64,000 nt of DNA from Raja brachyura (Eukaryota), in assembly GCA_963514005.1 (NCBI GenBank), contig OY740784.1, positions 19,096,001-19,160,000 on the forward strand. Direction: 5' to 3'. Positions 49,674 through 63,421 of this stretch are shown piece after piece. Numbering within the stretch: the stretch's first letter is position 1; each line of letters begins with the position of its first letter. Below the pieces are notes generated by a model. The model was not told where the DNA came from, searched no databases, and saw only the letters and a program-made list of their open reading frames with translations. The translations under genes were made by a program, and so were the position numbers.

Positions 49674-49815
49674 CTGGATCATATAAAGGTGGAGGTGGAG
49701 GTGGGGGAGTACCCCCTTCATTAATTATTTTTGTAATCTTTTTGGCTGTTCTGATGCTAGCAATAAAGCTTTCATGTTTCTGTCTCCAGTTTGTGGGCTT
49801 TTTAGGAGGTTCAGG
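49674..49815 (-). CDS. ZC2HC1A: ZC2HC1A exon 4
   Basis: 142 nt, phase 0-1: PEPPKKPTNWRQKHESFIASIRTAKKITKIINEGGTPPPPPPPLYDP. Confidence 0.96.
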
Positions 49816-50896
49816 CTAAAGGATATCAAAATGAATGAGATGTTAAAAATATATTGCATGCAATCCATACATCATTCTATTTCCTGTTCATACTTCAGCA
49901 GAAAATAATTATCAACATGTCAAAATGAAACGTCAAATTTCAATATGGATAAATACTGTGACCACGATTTCCAATGAACTAATCAATCCAAGAAGGAATT
50001 TTAAATTCTGTTGTTTTTCGCCACGTGACGGACCATTTATAATCCACTTTATTTTCATGATCTTCTTTAAAGCACTAAGGTTTCATTTGTCAAGTCAATT
50101 GTATGACAATGTTATTTTAATATCTGAAATCAATTCCTCCAAATGTAACTGTTCACAGTATATCCAAAAACGAAAGTACAGAAACAGTCATGAAACAGCA
50201 ATGAATATAAATCGTGGAATACAGCACACAAGAAAATAAATTAGCACAACTTTAACAGAGTAGACTACCCCATTAATCTTTTACTTTCAATTTCCATAAG
50301 TATACTAATCTTCCCACCAATCATTATCCAATTCCCTTTAAATACGTATTGAAATTACTTCCGCTGCACGTCAGGCAATACATTCCAGTAAGGTAAATAT
50401 TTGCTCTTACTGCCCCAATTCCTCTGTTTTTTCTGTAAATAATACCTTTCCTCTCTTGTTACTGACTTCCTGTTAGTGGCTTTCACCTCAATCCAAAATT
50501 CTCAACTGTATTACACATTGACTATGTCTTTGGCCAGAAGCTAGATATTTTGAACTGAGCATATGGCTAAAATCATTTTGCATTCAGCAAAATTTCCTCT
50601 GAAAACGCATTATATTCTATTGTGTCACAAGATTAAAGTACTATTTTTCCATTTGTCATCCCCATGTTCATACACATAAACCTCCTCTGGACCCTAATCA
50701 ACGCAGCACATCCTTCCTCAGATATGTGCCCAAAACTGCTCACAATACTCCAAATGCAGCTTTATGTGAACAAAGAATATCAGTGCACCCAAGTGACCAA
50801 GCCAATAAACTACACTGAATCTGAATAATAAAATAGGCACAAATAGCCTACTGCCATTTCTTATTTTCTATCCTCTTAGGATTATGTTTCAAAATT

Positions 50897-52695
50897 AAAG
50901 ATTAGTTAAAACAAATGCAAGTCCCTTGCAGTCAGAAACAGGTGAATTGATCATGGGGAACAAGGACATGGCAGACCAATTGGATAACTACTTTGGTTCT
51001 GTCTTCACTAAGGAAGACGTAAATAATCTGCTGGAAATAGCGGGGGACCGGGGGTCAAATGAGATGAAACTGAGTGAAACCCAGGTTAGCCGGGAAGTGG
51101 TGTTAGGTAAATTGAATGGATTAAAGGCCGATAAATCCCCAGGGCCAGATAGACTGCATCCCAGAGTACTTAAGGAAGTAGCCCCAGAAATAGTGGATGC
51201 ATTAGTGATAATTTTTCAAAACTCTTTAGATTCTGGAGTAGTTCCTGAGGATTGGAGGGTAGCTAATGTAACCCCACTTTTAAAAAAGGGAGGGAGAAAA
51301 CGGGGAATTACAGACCAGTTAGTCTAACATCGGTAGTGGGGAAACTTCTAGAGCCAGTTATTAAAGATGGAATAGCGGCACATTTGGAAAGTGGTGAAAT
51401 CATTGGACAAAGTCAGCATGGATTTATGAAAAGTAAATCATGTCTGACGAATCTTATAGAATTTTTCGAGGTTGTAACTAGTAGAGTGGATAAGGGAGAA
51501 CCAGTGGATGTGTTATATCTGGACTTTCAGAAAGCTTTTGACAAGGTCCCACATAAGAGATTAGTATGCAAACTTAAAGCACACGGTATTGGGGGTTCAG
51601 TATTGATAGAGAACTGGCTGGCAGACAGGAAGCAAAGGGTAGGAGTAAACGGGTCCTTTTCAGAATGGCAGGCAGTGACTAGTGAGGTACCGCAAGACTC
51701 GGTGCTGGGACCCCAGCTATTTACAATATATATTAATGATTTGGATGAGGGAATTGAATGCAACATCTCCAAGTTTGCGAATGACACAAAGCTGGGGGGT
51801 AGTGTTAGCTGTGAGGAGGATGCTAGGAGGCTGCAAGGTGACTTGGGTAGGTTGGGTGAGTGGGCAAATGCATGGCAGATGCAGTATAATGTGGATAAAT
51901 GTGAGGTTATCCACTTTGGTGGCAAAAACAGGAAAGTAGACTATTATTTGAATGGTGGCCGATTAGGAAAAGGGGAGATGCAACGAGACCTGGGAGTCAT
52001 GGTACACCAGTCATTGAAAGTAGGCATGCAGGTGCAGCAGGCAGTGAAGAAAGCGAATGGTATGTTACCATTCATAGCAAAAGGATTTGATTATAGGAGC
52101 AGGGAGGTTCTACTGCAGTTGTACAGGGTCTTGGTGAGACCACACCTGGAGTATCGCGTACAGTTTTGGTTTCCTAATCTGAGGAAAGACATTCTTGCCA
52201 TAGAGGGAGTACAGAGCAGGATCACCAGACTGATTCCTGGGATGTCAGGACTTTCATATGAAGAAAGACTAGATAGACTCGACATGTACTTGCTAGAATT
52301 TAGAAGATTGAGGGGGGATCTTATAGAAACGTACAAAATTCTTAAGGGGTTGGACAGGTTAGATGCAGGAAGATTGTTCCCGATGTTGGGGAAGTCCAGA
52401 ACAAGGAGTCACAGTTTAAGGATAAGGTGGAAGTCTTTTAGGACTGAGATGAGAAAAACATTTTTCACACAGAGAGTGGTGAATCTGTGGAATTCTCTGC
52501 CACAGAAGGTAGTTGAGGCCAGTTCATTGGCTATATTTAAGAGGGAGTTAGATGTGGCCCTTGTGGCTAAGGGGAACAGTGGGTATGGAGAGAAGGCAGG
52601 TACGGGATACTGAGTTGGAGGATCAGCCATGATTATATTGAATGGCAGTGCAGGCTCGAAGGGCCTACTCCTGCACCTATTTTCTATGTTTCTAT
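50897..52695 (+). mobile_element. 5'-truncated CR1 LINE (RT)
   Basis: ORFs 50926-51327 and 51336-52613 (DFQKAFD, PQDSVLGP, FAND). (TTCTATGT)n tail. Confidence 0.95.
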
Positions 52696-52744
52696 TTAAA
52701 AGACATTACAATCTTTTTATTTTTATCACATTTCCTTTTAACTA

Positions 52745-53285
52745 TCTCTATATTACCAGAACTATCATCTTGTTTGTTTGTCCGTTTGTTTGCCCGGTTT
52801 GTATTCGCGCGAAAAAGGTACATGATAGCACTACACTTTTTGATCCACGTAACTCGCCATTGTCCTGTGATGTAAATTAAACATGTTTCGTTCAGATTGA
52901 TGATATATTTTACAAGTTATTGACTTTTAAAACTTAAAAAAAAAAACAGCGCCCCCACTTGCCGACTTTACTTGATAATGCGTCACAAAGGACACCACAC
53001 GGGTCCTCAGCGTGCCTTTACAGGCATCACAATGGACACCCCACGGGTCCGGGTGCAGGGAGAGGAGGATAGGGGTAGGAAGAGGGATGGCGAGGCACAG
53101 TTGGGGGAGGGTTGCCGTGATGGCGATGCGCCATTGGGGGAGGTTTGCCATGACTCGCGTCACAACGGGGATCTCTGGCGTCACAATGGGAACCCCTCAG
53201 ACGCGCCTGCACAGATGGGGGACATGGGCGAGTGGTGGAATATTGCATTGGGGGAACAGGACCCAACGGGTCCCACTTGGTCTAG
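52745..53285 (+). mobile_element. non-autonomous Helitron
   Basis: A|TC start, GGACCC-AAC-GGGTCC hairpin, CTAG|T end. Confidence 0.85.
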
Positions 53286-54131
53286 TATGCTGATAAAAAT
53301 CACTGCATTTTGAAACACTTGCCATGGAAAATGGCCTAATTCTGCTCCTATGACATGAGCATACGAGTACAAAATTTATAACAATAATGATAAATACAAA
53401 AATAAATACAAAGACATTTGCAAAACAGCAGAATGGTGCAAAGAATGTGGTATAATCATCAGTAATGTCAACACTGATAAAGTGCAGTCATGAAATAATC
53501 AAAGTAGGTGGAGATAACAGTAGAGGTACATGGCTGTTCCTCTGGGAAGGGGCGATTCGTTCAGGGGTTGGATAGCAGAAGCTGCTCTGGAGTCATGAAA
53601 TCAGGGCTTCCAAACTCCTGTATCTTCTCCCAGGAGGTTAAAAAGATGGAATGACCAGGATGGAAGACATTCTTGATGATAATTCCAGCCTTCCCAATGT
53701 GATGATGGATTGGATGGAAGGAAGTGATTAGCCTATGATGGACTGGGCTGCATTCACTGCTCTTTGCAGGTTCAGACAGTCAAGAGTACATGCTATTCCA
53801 AGCTGAGATGCATACTGTCAGAATACTTTCCACAGAAATAATACTTTCCACCGCATCCACAGAAGCCTTAAGTGAATCCTCATGGACATGCCAAGTCTTC
53901 TCAGATACCTAAAGCAAATTTGCCAATGCACTTTCTAGATCACTGCGTCAGTGGGAAGGGACAAAGATTTTAGTGTGAAGGGACAAAAATTTGATTGTAG
54001 GCCATATGGATGCCGAGAATTTTGAGGCTGTTAACAGCAGCTTTATGGATGCAGACGCACTTGCATTCATCTCCTCACTTCCTTAGGTCACCAACCATCT
54101 CTTTAGTGTTGCTGACAATATGAGCTTGATT

Positions 54132-54995
54132 ATCCTCACCTTCGAGTCCCCCTTGTCCTCAACTTCTGCCCTACCAACCGTCACATACAACAGATAATCG
54201 TCCGACATTTTCGCCACCTCCAACGGGATCCCACCACTGGCCACATCTTCCCATTTCCTCCCTGTCGGCTTTCCGCAGAGACCGCTCCCTACTTAACTCC
54301 CTGGTCAATTCTTCCCTTCCCACCCAAACCCTCACCTGGTACTGTCCCTTGCAACCGCAGGAAATGCTACACTTGACGCTTTACAACCCCCCCCCACCCC
54401 CCCACTCCATTCAAGAACCTAAGCAGTCTTTCCAGAGGTTCACCTGCACCTCCTCCAACCTCATCTATTGTATCCGCTGCTCTAGGTGTCAGCTGCTCTA
54501 CATCGGTGAGACCAAGCACACCTCCGCTCAGTTCGCAACAACCAACCTGATCTCCCTATGGCTCAGCACATCAACTCCCCCTCCCAATCTGAATCGGACC
54601 TTTCTGTCCTGGGCTCCTCCATGGCCAGAGTGAGTCCCACCGTAAATTGGAGGAGCAGCACCTCATATTTTGCTTGGGTACTTTACACCCCAGCAGTATG
54701 TACGATTGGTCGGCACGGACTGGAAGGGCCGAGAAGGTCTGTTTCCGTGCTGTAATTGTTATATGGTTATATGGTATGAACATTGACCTCCAATTTCAGG
54801 TAGTCCTTGCTTTCTCCCTCTTTCCCCTCCCCTTCCCAGCTCTGCACAGCCCAGTCTCCGCCTCTTCTTTTCTCCTTCCCGCACCCCCATCCCCTCATCA
54901 GTCTGAAGAAGGGTCTCGACCTGAAACGTCACCCATACCTTCACTCCACAGATGCTGCTTCACCCTCCGAGTTTCTCCAGCATTTTTGTCTACCT
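54132..54995 (+). mobile_element. Penelope retroelement 3' part (GIY-YIG endonuclease)
   Basis: FTCTSSNLIYCIRCSRCQLLYIGETK. 13-bp TSD TATGAGCTTGATT (54119-54131 and 54996-55008). Contains a short CR1 tail at about 54701-54773. Confidence 0.88.
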
Positions 54996-55187
54996 TATGA
55001 GCTTGATTGTTGTTCTGATTGCATGACATTGGGTTTCCCTATTTCTTTCCTGTACTCCGGTTCATCACTGTTGTTGATCTAGCTGACTACAGTGGTATCA
55101 TCGGTAAATTTAAAGACTGGGTTGGCATTGTATTTAGCCACACAGTCAAGGGTGTACAGGGAGTAGAGCAGAGGACTTAGTACAGAA

Positions 55188-55288
55188 GGTTACACAAAAA
55201 GCTGGAGAAACTCAGCGGGTGCAGCAGCATCTAAGGAGCGAAGGAGATAGGCGATGTTTCGGGTCGAGACCCTTCTTCAGACTTCTAA
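55188..55288 (-). mobile_element. about 100-bp Penelope-tail short element
   Basis: 14-bp TSD GACTTAGTACAGAA (55174-55187 and 55289-55302). Confidence 0.8.
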
Positions 55289-55739
55289 GACTTAGTACAG
55301 AATCCTGTGGCATCCTGTGGTGAGGGTCAGGGTCAGAACGGAAATCACATCCTGATCATCCAGCTCCAGAAATAAATGAGGGAAGTAAAAGTTTTTACTT
55401 TTGACCAATGACCAATTTAAACAATAACCAATACAATGACCAATTTAAACAGAACATTTATATAATTCCACTTCATGATATTAAACATTGGAAGTTCATG
55501 ATACAACATGTATACTAAGCCTTCCATGATATACATATTGCCTATATATTCCCCCAATTCAACTACACATTTTATGATTAAGCATCCCATTATATATTAT
55601 GTAAATTAAATCCAGTCTGAACATTTCACTTCATGAGCATGCAAAATTGTTCATTCAATTTGAATTTTAAAACATATTTGCTTTTTTGGCAGAAATAAAT
55701 AACACTTTATAAAGTTTTGTAAGCTTTAAGTCTACCTAC

Positions 55740-55856
55740 CCTGGGCTTTAGAGGCTTTAAGGTGGGAATATCAGTTCCTTCGGCTCTCTGTCTACTGGAG
55801 TTAAAGGTCTTCCTTTTCTTGTTTGCATTTTTTTGACAGATGGGTTCATGCTTTAA
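55740..55856 (-). CDS. ZC2HC1A: ZC2HC1A exon 3
   Basis: 117 nt, phase 0-0: LKHEPICQKNANKKRKTFNSSRQRAEGTDIPTLKPLKPR. Confidence 0.96.
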
Positions 55857-56329
55857 CTGGAAACAAAATTTAAAAACAATGAATACAGTCTTGTAAGTCT
55901 TATTGGTAAAAACTCATCGCAGATCATTGAACTGCACTGCATTAACAAAGTCCAAGTAATTGTCTACCTGGCGGTAAATCAGAAAACAGGAAATATTGGG
56001 AATAGGGGAAATCCTAGCTGGTGCAATCTTTTTTATATTCTGTGTCACAATATACCAGCAATTGTAGAGTTAATTAATATAAAGCTGTTTCACCAGCACG
56101 CCCTTGCTCTGACTTTCCATTTTAGCATTCTAGGCTGGGCATTCTAATGTTGTTGTTCTGTATCTGTATCCGGAAACCACAAAGGCCAAGTTAAAAAGGA
56201 ATTGGAGTATTTTACATAAAAATCAGTATCAAAGTCTCCTCTTTTTTACACTCCTACACATTAACATAAAGAAACAGTGGCCTGAATTAGCTCAAAAAGA
56301 CGCACACAATAAAATCTACTAATTTCATA

Positions 56330-57125
56330 CTAATTGAGCGTCAACTGATTGCATAAAATTCACCCTTGCTTTATATAGGCTGTGGGCCGAGGTGCTTTTT
56401 CGTTTAAGTTTGTGACCCAAACCACGTAACTACCAGAATTTTTAACATATCGTGAATAAATATTATAAATCATACCTGAAACTTGTCAAGAACAAAACCT
56501 GCACATATTTTAAAAATATGAGGAAATCCTCCAATGTTCTGAGTAGTAATTGTGTAATCAATGCCGGTGAGTGCTGTGAAGGATCGGTCAGGCTGCCGGC
56601 CCGCCGGTTAGTACTGTGAAGATCGTTTGTGCTGTCAGCACGTTGGTGGATGTGGTGAAGGCTCGGTCGAGCTGTCGGTTGGCCGGTGAGTGCTGTGAAG
56701 GGTCGGTCAGGTTGTCAGCCGGCCGGTGTTGCAGCGAGCGAGCGGGTGGACTGACGGAGTCGGCGCTATGAGGGTGCTAAAGAGGCCCGCTCACCATGAT
56801 GATCCAGAAGGGCATGGTGGACGAGTGACGTCACTTGCAGCGCGTGGAACACAGCGCAGGCTGCACGGAGCAGACCCATTGTGACATCAACGAGACTTCT
56901 CGTTTTGAATCATCGTTTTTTTAGATTTTTGAACATTTTGATTAATAATTCGAGAAATAAAGCATTAATCTTTCAGATAAGGTGATTTTGGACTCGATGG
57001 GAAAGATCTCTACCAGAATATGGAAAAGTGTCACCGTTAGTGCGTCCTTTTTCGAGAAGATGCGATCACACACAAATAAATAAGCACACAAATCCACATC
57101 CAAGGTCAGACTTTTAATATTTCTA
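56330..57125 (-). mobile_element. Helitron-like non-autonomous element with internal about 38-bp tandem repeats
   Basis: The minus-strand start ATATTAAAAGTCTGACCTTG resembles the 5' ends at 3841 and 4408. GCCGGTGAGTGCTGTGAAGG repeats at 56563-56730. Confidence 0.55.
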
Positions 57126-57267
57126 GCCCAAGTCGCGGCCAAGTGGTTTTACTTAAAACTAAAAAAATTTCAAATAATTTCTGCATCATGTTCCGAGTCC
57201 TGAAATAGTTGAATCGTCTCACAAAAAAAATAAAGAGGTTAACAATAAAGAGCTTTCTATGTTTCTA

Positions 57268-58217
57268 ATTAAATGCAACATCTCCAAGTTTGCGGATGAC
57301 ACGAAGCTGGGGGGCAGTGTTAGCTGCGAGGAGGATGCTAGGAGGCTGCAAGGTGACTTGGATAGGTTGGGTGAGTGGGCAAATGCATGGCAGATGCAGT
57401 ATTATGTGGATAAATGTGAGGTTATCCACTTTGGTGGCAAAAATAGGAAAGTAGACTATTATCTGAATGGTGGCCGATTAGGAAAAGGGGAGATGCAACG
57501 AGACCTGGGTGTCATGGTACACCAGTCATTGAAAGTAGGCATGCAGGTGCAGCAGGCAGTGAAGAAAGCAAATGTAATGTTAGCATTCATAGCAAAAGGA
57601 TTTGAGTATTGGAGCAAGGAGGTTCTACTGCAATTGTACAGGGTCTTGGTGAGACCACACCTGGAGTATTGCGTACAGTTTTGGTCTCCAAATCTGAGGA
57701 AATATATTCTTGCCATAGAGGGAGTACAGAGAAGGTTCGCCAGACTGATTCCTGGGATGTCAGGACTTTCATAAGAGGAAAGACTGGATAGACTCGGCGT
57801 GTACTCGCTACAATTTAGAAGATTGCGGGGCGATCTTATAGAAACTTACAAAATTCTTAAGGGGTTGTACAGGCTAGATACAGGAAGATTGATCCCGATG
57901 TTGGGGAAGTCCAGAACAAGGGGTCACAGTTTAAGGATAAGAGGGAAATCTTTTAGGACCGAGATGAGAAAAACATTTTTCACACAGAGAGTGGTGAGTC
58001 TGTGGAATTCTCTGCCACAGAAGGTAGTTGAGGCCAGTTCATTGGCTATATTTAAGAGGGAGTTAGATGTGGCCCTTGTGGCGAGAGGGATCAGGGGGTA
58101 TGGAGAGAAGGCAGGTATGGGATACCGAGTTGGAAGATCAGCCATGATCACATTGAATGGCGGTGCAGGCTCGAAGGGCCGAATGGCCTACTCCTGCACC
58201 TATTTTCTATGTCTATG
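57268..58217 (+). mobile_element. 5'-truncated CR1 LINE, same subfamily as 50897-52695
   Basis: KFADDTKLGG...QMQY.VDKCEVIHFG, near-identical to the 51760-52690 segment. One stop at about 57772. Confidence 0.95.
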
Positions 58218-58245
58218 AAAGAATACGAGTGATATTATGACTTAC

Positions 58246-58313
58246 CCGTGTTGCTGTCAAAAAAGTTCTCCCACAAATTCGGCAAGCTGACAAATTAATG
58301 TCAGCTGATCCAC
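58246..58313 (-). CDS. ZC2HC1A: ZC2HC1A exon 2 (start of first C2HC finger)
   Basis: 68 nt, phase 1-0, donor gtaagt: GGSADINLSACRICGRTFLTATR. Confidence 0.9.
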
Positions 58314-59689
58314 CTTCAGAAGCAGAAAGAAACAGCATTAAACTACAATTTAATAAATACTTAGTGTTAGTTAGTTTATTGATTATTAGTTTATCTTTTA
58401 TTACTGTATATTAAGTGTATTATTGTGTTTACAAGTCTGTTAAGTTACAGGAAGTAACATTGTTCTGTTGTCCGTACATATGACAATTAAACATTCTCGA
58501 CCCACTCTTGAGATGACGTAATATTTGTAACATTATGTTTTCCATGTCCTTTGTCATTAACCCAGCCGGTATGTAGTCTCCTGAAGTCTCTGTATCTTCT
58601 TCAAATGCCACACTGTCACCAGCAAGCTTGGATATATTGCGTGCTCCTTTTATCCAAATTACTGGTAGCGTTTGCAAACAGTTACAGCTCTACCACGAGC
58701 ACTTAGGCGGTCCAAATATGACCCATTTATTCCTATCCTCTGTTTACTGTCCTTTAGCCAAATGTCAATCTACGGCCACAGATATCAACAGAACTTGTTC
58801 CATATTCTTGTGTGTGGGACCTTATCAAAAACATGCTGAAAGTTCAAATACACTGCATTCTCTGCTTTTTCTCTAATTTGTTCTGTTGGTTACCACCTCA
58901 AATCAAAACGAAGGTTTGTTAAACACAATTTCCTTTCAATAAATCACTGTTGACTCCACCCACTCTAATTTTCCAAGTGTACTTCTTTAGTAACAGATTA
59001 CGCCACTTTTCTCTATTACTAATAGCACTAGAGAACAAAACCAATCCAATTAACTAAATCTACGAGCAAAGTGATGGCTGATGTTGTTTGCGCTGCAATC
59101 AAACAGCACCTGCCTATGGATGTTGACGGATTCCACTAATAATGCTGGGCTTTCAGTCTCACAACAGCTGAGGCACATGATTGCCTTCGTCATTAAAGAG
59201 CCCTAATATGATGTCAATAAAAATCTGAATAAAAACTTACCACGGCCTGAAATGAGTTAGAGCACAAAGGAAGATGTTTGTAGCTCTTGCCAGCTGTGTG
59301 TTATTTACTAGTATCGAGTTTGCTAGTTCCAGGTTCAACTCGTGCTCCAGAGATTTCACCATGCAAGTCTAGGCTTCCACCAGAACACCAAAGGAAATAA
59401 ATAACAATTGGCGATGCTGTTTTAATTTTTTTTAAATTATGCGACGCTAAACTGAAATGGGTATCCCCAAAATGTCAGTGTACCATATGAAAAGACAGGG
59501 CTGTTAAAATTAGCATGCTAGCCAAACTATTTTTTAAGGCAGTTTCTCAGAATCAAGATGATTGCTTCCACTCTCATGTTGAGGTACTGCTTTTTAATTT
59601 CCTTGCAATGTTTCAATATTAGAGGTCTTTAAGCCCACTGAGTCAATGCCAGCTCTCAAATAAATGCCATCAATGCCATTCATCCACAT

Positions 59690-60380
59690 ATTTCAAGAAC
59701 CTTTCGGCACAATTTTGAACCTTTCTCTCTGATCATCTGATACACCTTCCAAGACAGAGTGCAGAATAGAGTATCTACTTCTGGAGTCTGATTCAGGCAT
59801 GTGAACCACATGGCCTGCCCAATGGAGCTGACAGAGTTACTGAGGCTTCAGTGATGGGAATATTAGTTCACATCCTTTCAGTAAAGTTTGATGATTTTGT
59901 GGAGGCAGCAATGATTACATTTTTGCAGTGTCACAGGTGCTTGCTGTAGGTACCCCAGGAGCTTGGAAGTATGTAGGAAGTGAGGAATCACAGCTTATAC
60001 CACATTATGAGTTTACGGCCATGTGTCTTGAACTTTAAATACCATGTTTCTCTCAATCGATCAAAACTGCCTCATTAAAGGCAGTGAGTTTCATCACGGA
60101 TCTCTGCCTTCACCAAGTGGAGGTTCGAGATATGAGAAATGGTCTATATTTTCCAGAGTCCCATTAAAACCGTTCATTTCTGGAGGGCAATGCATTGTAG
60201 TACAGAATCTTGAACTGGCAAATGTTTAGTGTCAGGCCCATCCTCTCATGCCTTGGTGAATAAACCAATGAAAATTGTTACAAAGATATAGATGGAGCTT
60301 TCATCAACACAAGCTAAAGCAGAGTGTTGGCAGGGAGCTAGGTGCTGAATAATTGTATGAATGTGAAACATAATTTGAGA
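59690..60380 (-). mobile_element. highly degenerate RTE-clade LINE fragment
   Basis: Minus-strand remnants resembling QLxWAGHVV.MP and TKL.VY.AV.P.LLY.S..W motifs. Confidence 0.55.
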
Positions 60381-61899
60381 TCACAAAAACCTTATAGATT
60401 GTAAAGAGACAGACTCACTTTCAGGTGGTTGCCAGGGAGAGGGATACTTAGTTGCTACTGAAATAAAAGAACCAGGAAATCTACTGGATGGAATTTGAAA
60501 ATAGTAACTAAAGATTAGCCCCATCTTAACATTACTATCTCTCCCTTTTAATTTGGGAAGAGCATCAGAATAAATATGAAATATATTTGGCAGAATAAAT
60601 TGGAACATGCACGTGCAAGAGTGGTGCATTGCATGAGAGCTGCACAAAGGAGGCAGCATAATTAGACACTACCAGCTTGTATAGCTTTTGTAATAAATCC
60701 AAAATTAACAGTAGCTTTCCAATCAGCAAATTATCTAGGAGATATAACATATGTATAATATTGCCTTAAACAAAAATTTGTTTTATTTTGAACAGAGCAT
60801 AATGACCATCTCAGTGAAACTAGACCAGTTCATACTTCATTGTGCTTGGAATTATTGATAATCTACTCTCCACTATTCAGTGTGTGTTCAGCTACTGTTG
60901 TTGCACTCTGTAATGAGCAAGGACAAAACATTCTGGATGCTCATGCATTGGGCACAACAACTAATCCAACGAGGAACCAGATCGTACTGATTTAAGGGCT
61001 TGCAGGGAGTTGTTACATTTATTATGTATCTCTCAGAGTTTTATTTGAACAAGGTCTTGGCCCAAGATGGAAAAAAGAAGTAAATGGTTTGATTTGGGCC
61101 ATTGTTTTAAATAATATAAAATATTTTTAATTGATTTTTTTTCATTTTATAATCCTTGAACTGTATTTAAATTTACATGATTATTGCGAACTATCAGGCA
61201 GCCAAATGCAAAATCCCAGGTCCACTCACTGCTTGTGGGACAGCCACATTTGTTTGAATTTGATTAGACCTCTAGGTCTGCATAAAGTTAATGTGATCGT
61301 GGTGGTGACATGCTGCTAATTCTGAGCATGAACAGGATAATCCAGTCCATTAAATAAAACATGAACATATTTACAGTTTGTTTTGTTTCTAAATCAACTG
61401 TAACAATGTGGTTGTAGTGTTTTTTATTTGACTAAAAATTATAATAGGATTCATTAAGAAAGTGCTTTATCGGGCAGAGTAATGCAATCTATGATATAAT
61501 CTGAAATGTTGGAGATGAATTGGGTAAAAGAAAAACAATGTGCTTGGAGACACAATGATCTTGATTTTAATTCCCTCTATCTTGTGAGTCAATAAAGTGA
61601 ATATTGTAGCACAAGGACCATGTTTATTATAGTTCTGTGATGTATTTACTACTGCAATCTAATTTTAAATAATGCAACATGCATTTCACTAAAGCTGACA
61701 TAGTAGAGCTTATCTGATAGAACTGAATGCTGATTGATCAGTGTCAAATAGATAATACGAGTAAAACTAGTATTGACGGGTTATTGTGACTTAATGTTAA
61801 TTGTAATGGAGTAATAATCATTGTTTGCCACTAATTAGAGTGTTTATAAATCTAATGTCAGGTGCACCTAGAGCTCTACTTACATACACAGCCTGAAAT

Positions 61900-62650
61900 A
61901 AATACAAATGCTGGAGAAACTCAGCGGGTGAGGCAAATATGAGGTGCTGCTCCTCCAATTTGCGGTGAGACTCACTCTGGCCATGGATGCAATTGATAAG
62001 GTGGAGGTGCACCTCTGCCTCACCTGGAAAGACTGCTTGGGTCCTTGGATGGAGTCGAGGGGTGGAGGTAAAATGACAAGTGTAGCATTTTCTGCGGTTG
62101 GATGGGAAAGTACCAGGGGAGGGCAGAGGTTCACCTGCACGTCCTCCAACCTCATCTATTGCATCTGCTGCTCTAGGTGTCTACATCGGCGAGACCAAGC
62201 ACAGGCTTGGCGATCACTTCGCCCAACACATCCACACAGTTCGCATTAACCAACTCGATCTTCCGGTGCCTCAGCACTTCAACTCCCCCTCCCATTCAGT
62301 GTCCGACCTTTCTGTCCTGGGTCGTCTCCATGGCCAGAGTGAGTCCCACCACAACATGGAGGAGAAGCACCTCATATTTCGCTTGGGTAGCTTACACCCC
62401 AGGGGTATGAACATTGACTTCTCCAATTTCAGGAAGTCCTTGCTTTCTCCCTTCTTCCCCTCCCCTTCCCAGTTCTCCCACAGCCCACTGTCACTGCCTC
62501 TTCCTTTCTTCTTCCTGCCCCACATCAGTCTGAAGAAGGGTCTCGACCCGAAACATTACCTATTCCTTCGTTCCATAGATGCTGCCTTACCCGCTGAGTT
62601 ACTCCAGCATTTTTGTCTATCTCCGATTTTTCAAGCATCTGCAGTTCTTT
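61900..62650 (+). mobile_element. Penelope element with inverted 5' segment
   Basis: 62125-62650 encodes FTCTSSNLIYC...YIGETKHRLGDHFAQH. 61900-62120 is the same family in reverse orientation. Confidence 0.85.
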
Positions 62651-63382
62651 ATTAAATATAACAGCTTGAGGATCAATTTATTTGATTTCTTGAAAGAACA
62701 ATCCTTTATGAGACTCACGATTTTTAAGTAACATGTTGGGGTTAACTACAGGTAACTGAATGACGACAGTCGAAAAGCTGGACTGGAGGACCATACAAGT
62801 TGCAGCAAATAGATATTAATTGGCATCAAGGTTTGTAGCAATGGATTCTTTCAAACTATCAGTGACAGATAATGTCACAGTTAACAGAGCTAAAATGCAG
62901 CAAGTATTGTAGACATGCAAGACAATATATCTGTCAACATACATCAATAGATAAATTGAAAGGTCACTATGGGCTTCTCAGGTTAGCTTTCTATAAATAT
63001 AGGATGCAATAGACTGTATTCATCAGGACAACCGCCAGTCAGACAGGAGGATTTCGTCAACAAAGGGCTTCCATTTTTACCAACGTTCGCAAAATGAGAT
63101 TTGCAATTTTTTTTTTAACTTTCGTGCATCTCGCCCATCAGCGTAAACGCTATGTACACTGACAATATTTTTCAAATATTACTTTTCATTCACACTACTT
63201 AATTGATCGCCGACGTGATAAATACATATGAAGGTTTTATAACAGTAGTGCTCGGGTAACTAAGCTCATTTAATGGTATTTGTTTCTCAGGGCAATTTGG
63301 TAAATTGCAGATGATTCAAGTTTGCTCTTTCATATATAACTATTTTTATATTGTATTTGTGGGTCTGGCACCAGATCAAAAG

Positions 63383-63421
63383 CAAAGATTATAGAGATTA
63401 AAGATTCCTCTATAATCTTTG
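63383..63421. mobile_element. 39-bp hAT-type mini-MITE
   Basis: 14-bp perfect TIRs CAAAGATTATAGAG/CTCTATAATCTTTG. Flanks ATCAAAAG and ATCAAAAC (8-bp TSD, 7/8 match). Confidence 0.75.

Larger units (their letters stand above)
53310..55335 (-). mobile_element. degenerate Rex/Babar-like LINE interrupted by Penelope elements
   Basis: The minus strand encodes VLSPLLYSLYTLDC...KFTDDTTVV at about 55080-55185, with 3' remnants to 53310. Confidence 0.7.

Noticed and set aside
51336-52613. 425-aa RT ORF as an active or domesticated gene
   Set aside because: The catalytic ADD motif is mutated to AND, PQG is changed to PQD, there is an upstream frameshift, and the copy is 5'-truncated.
59241-59362. Minus-strand ATG-open segment ending in a GTAAGT donor, considered as ZC2HC1A exon 1
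   Set aside because: It ends in phase 2, incompatible with the phase-1 exon 2. Better first exons exist at 63938 and 63791.
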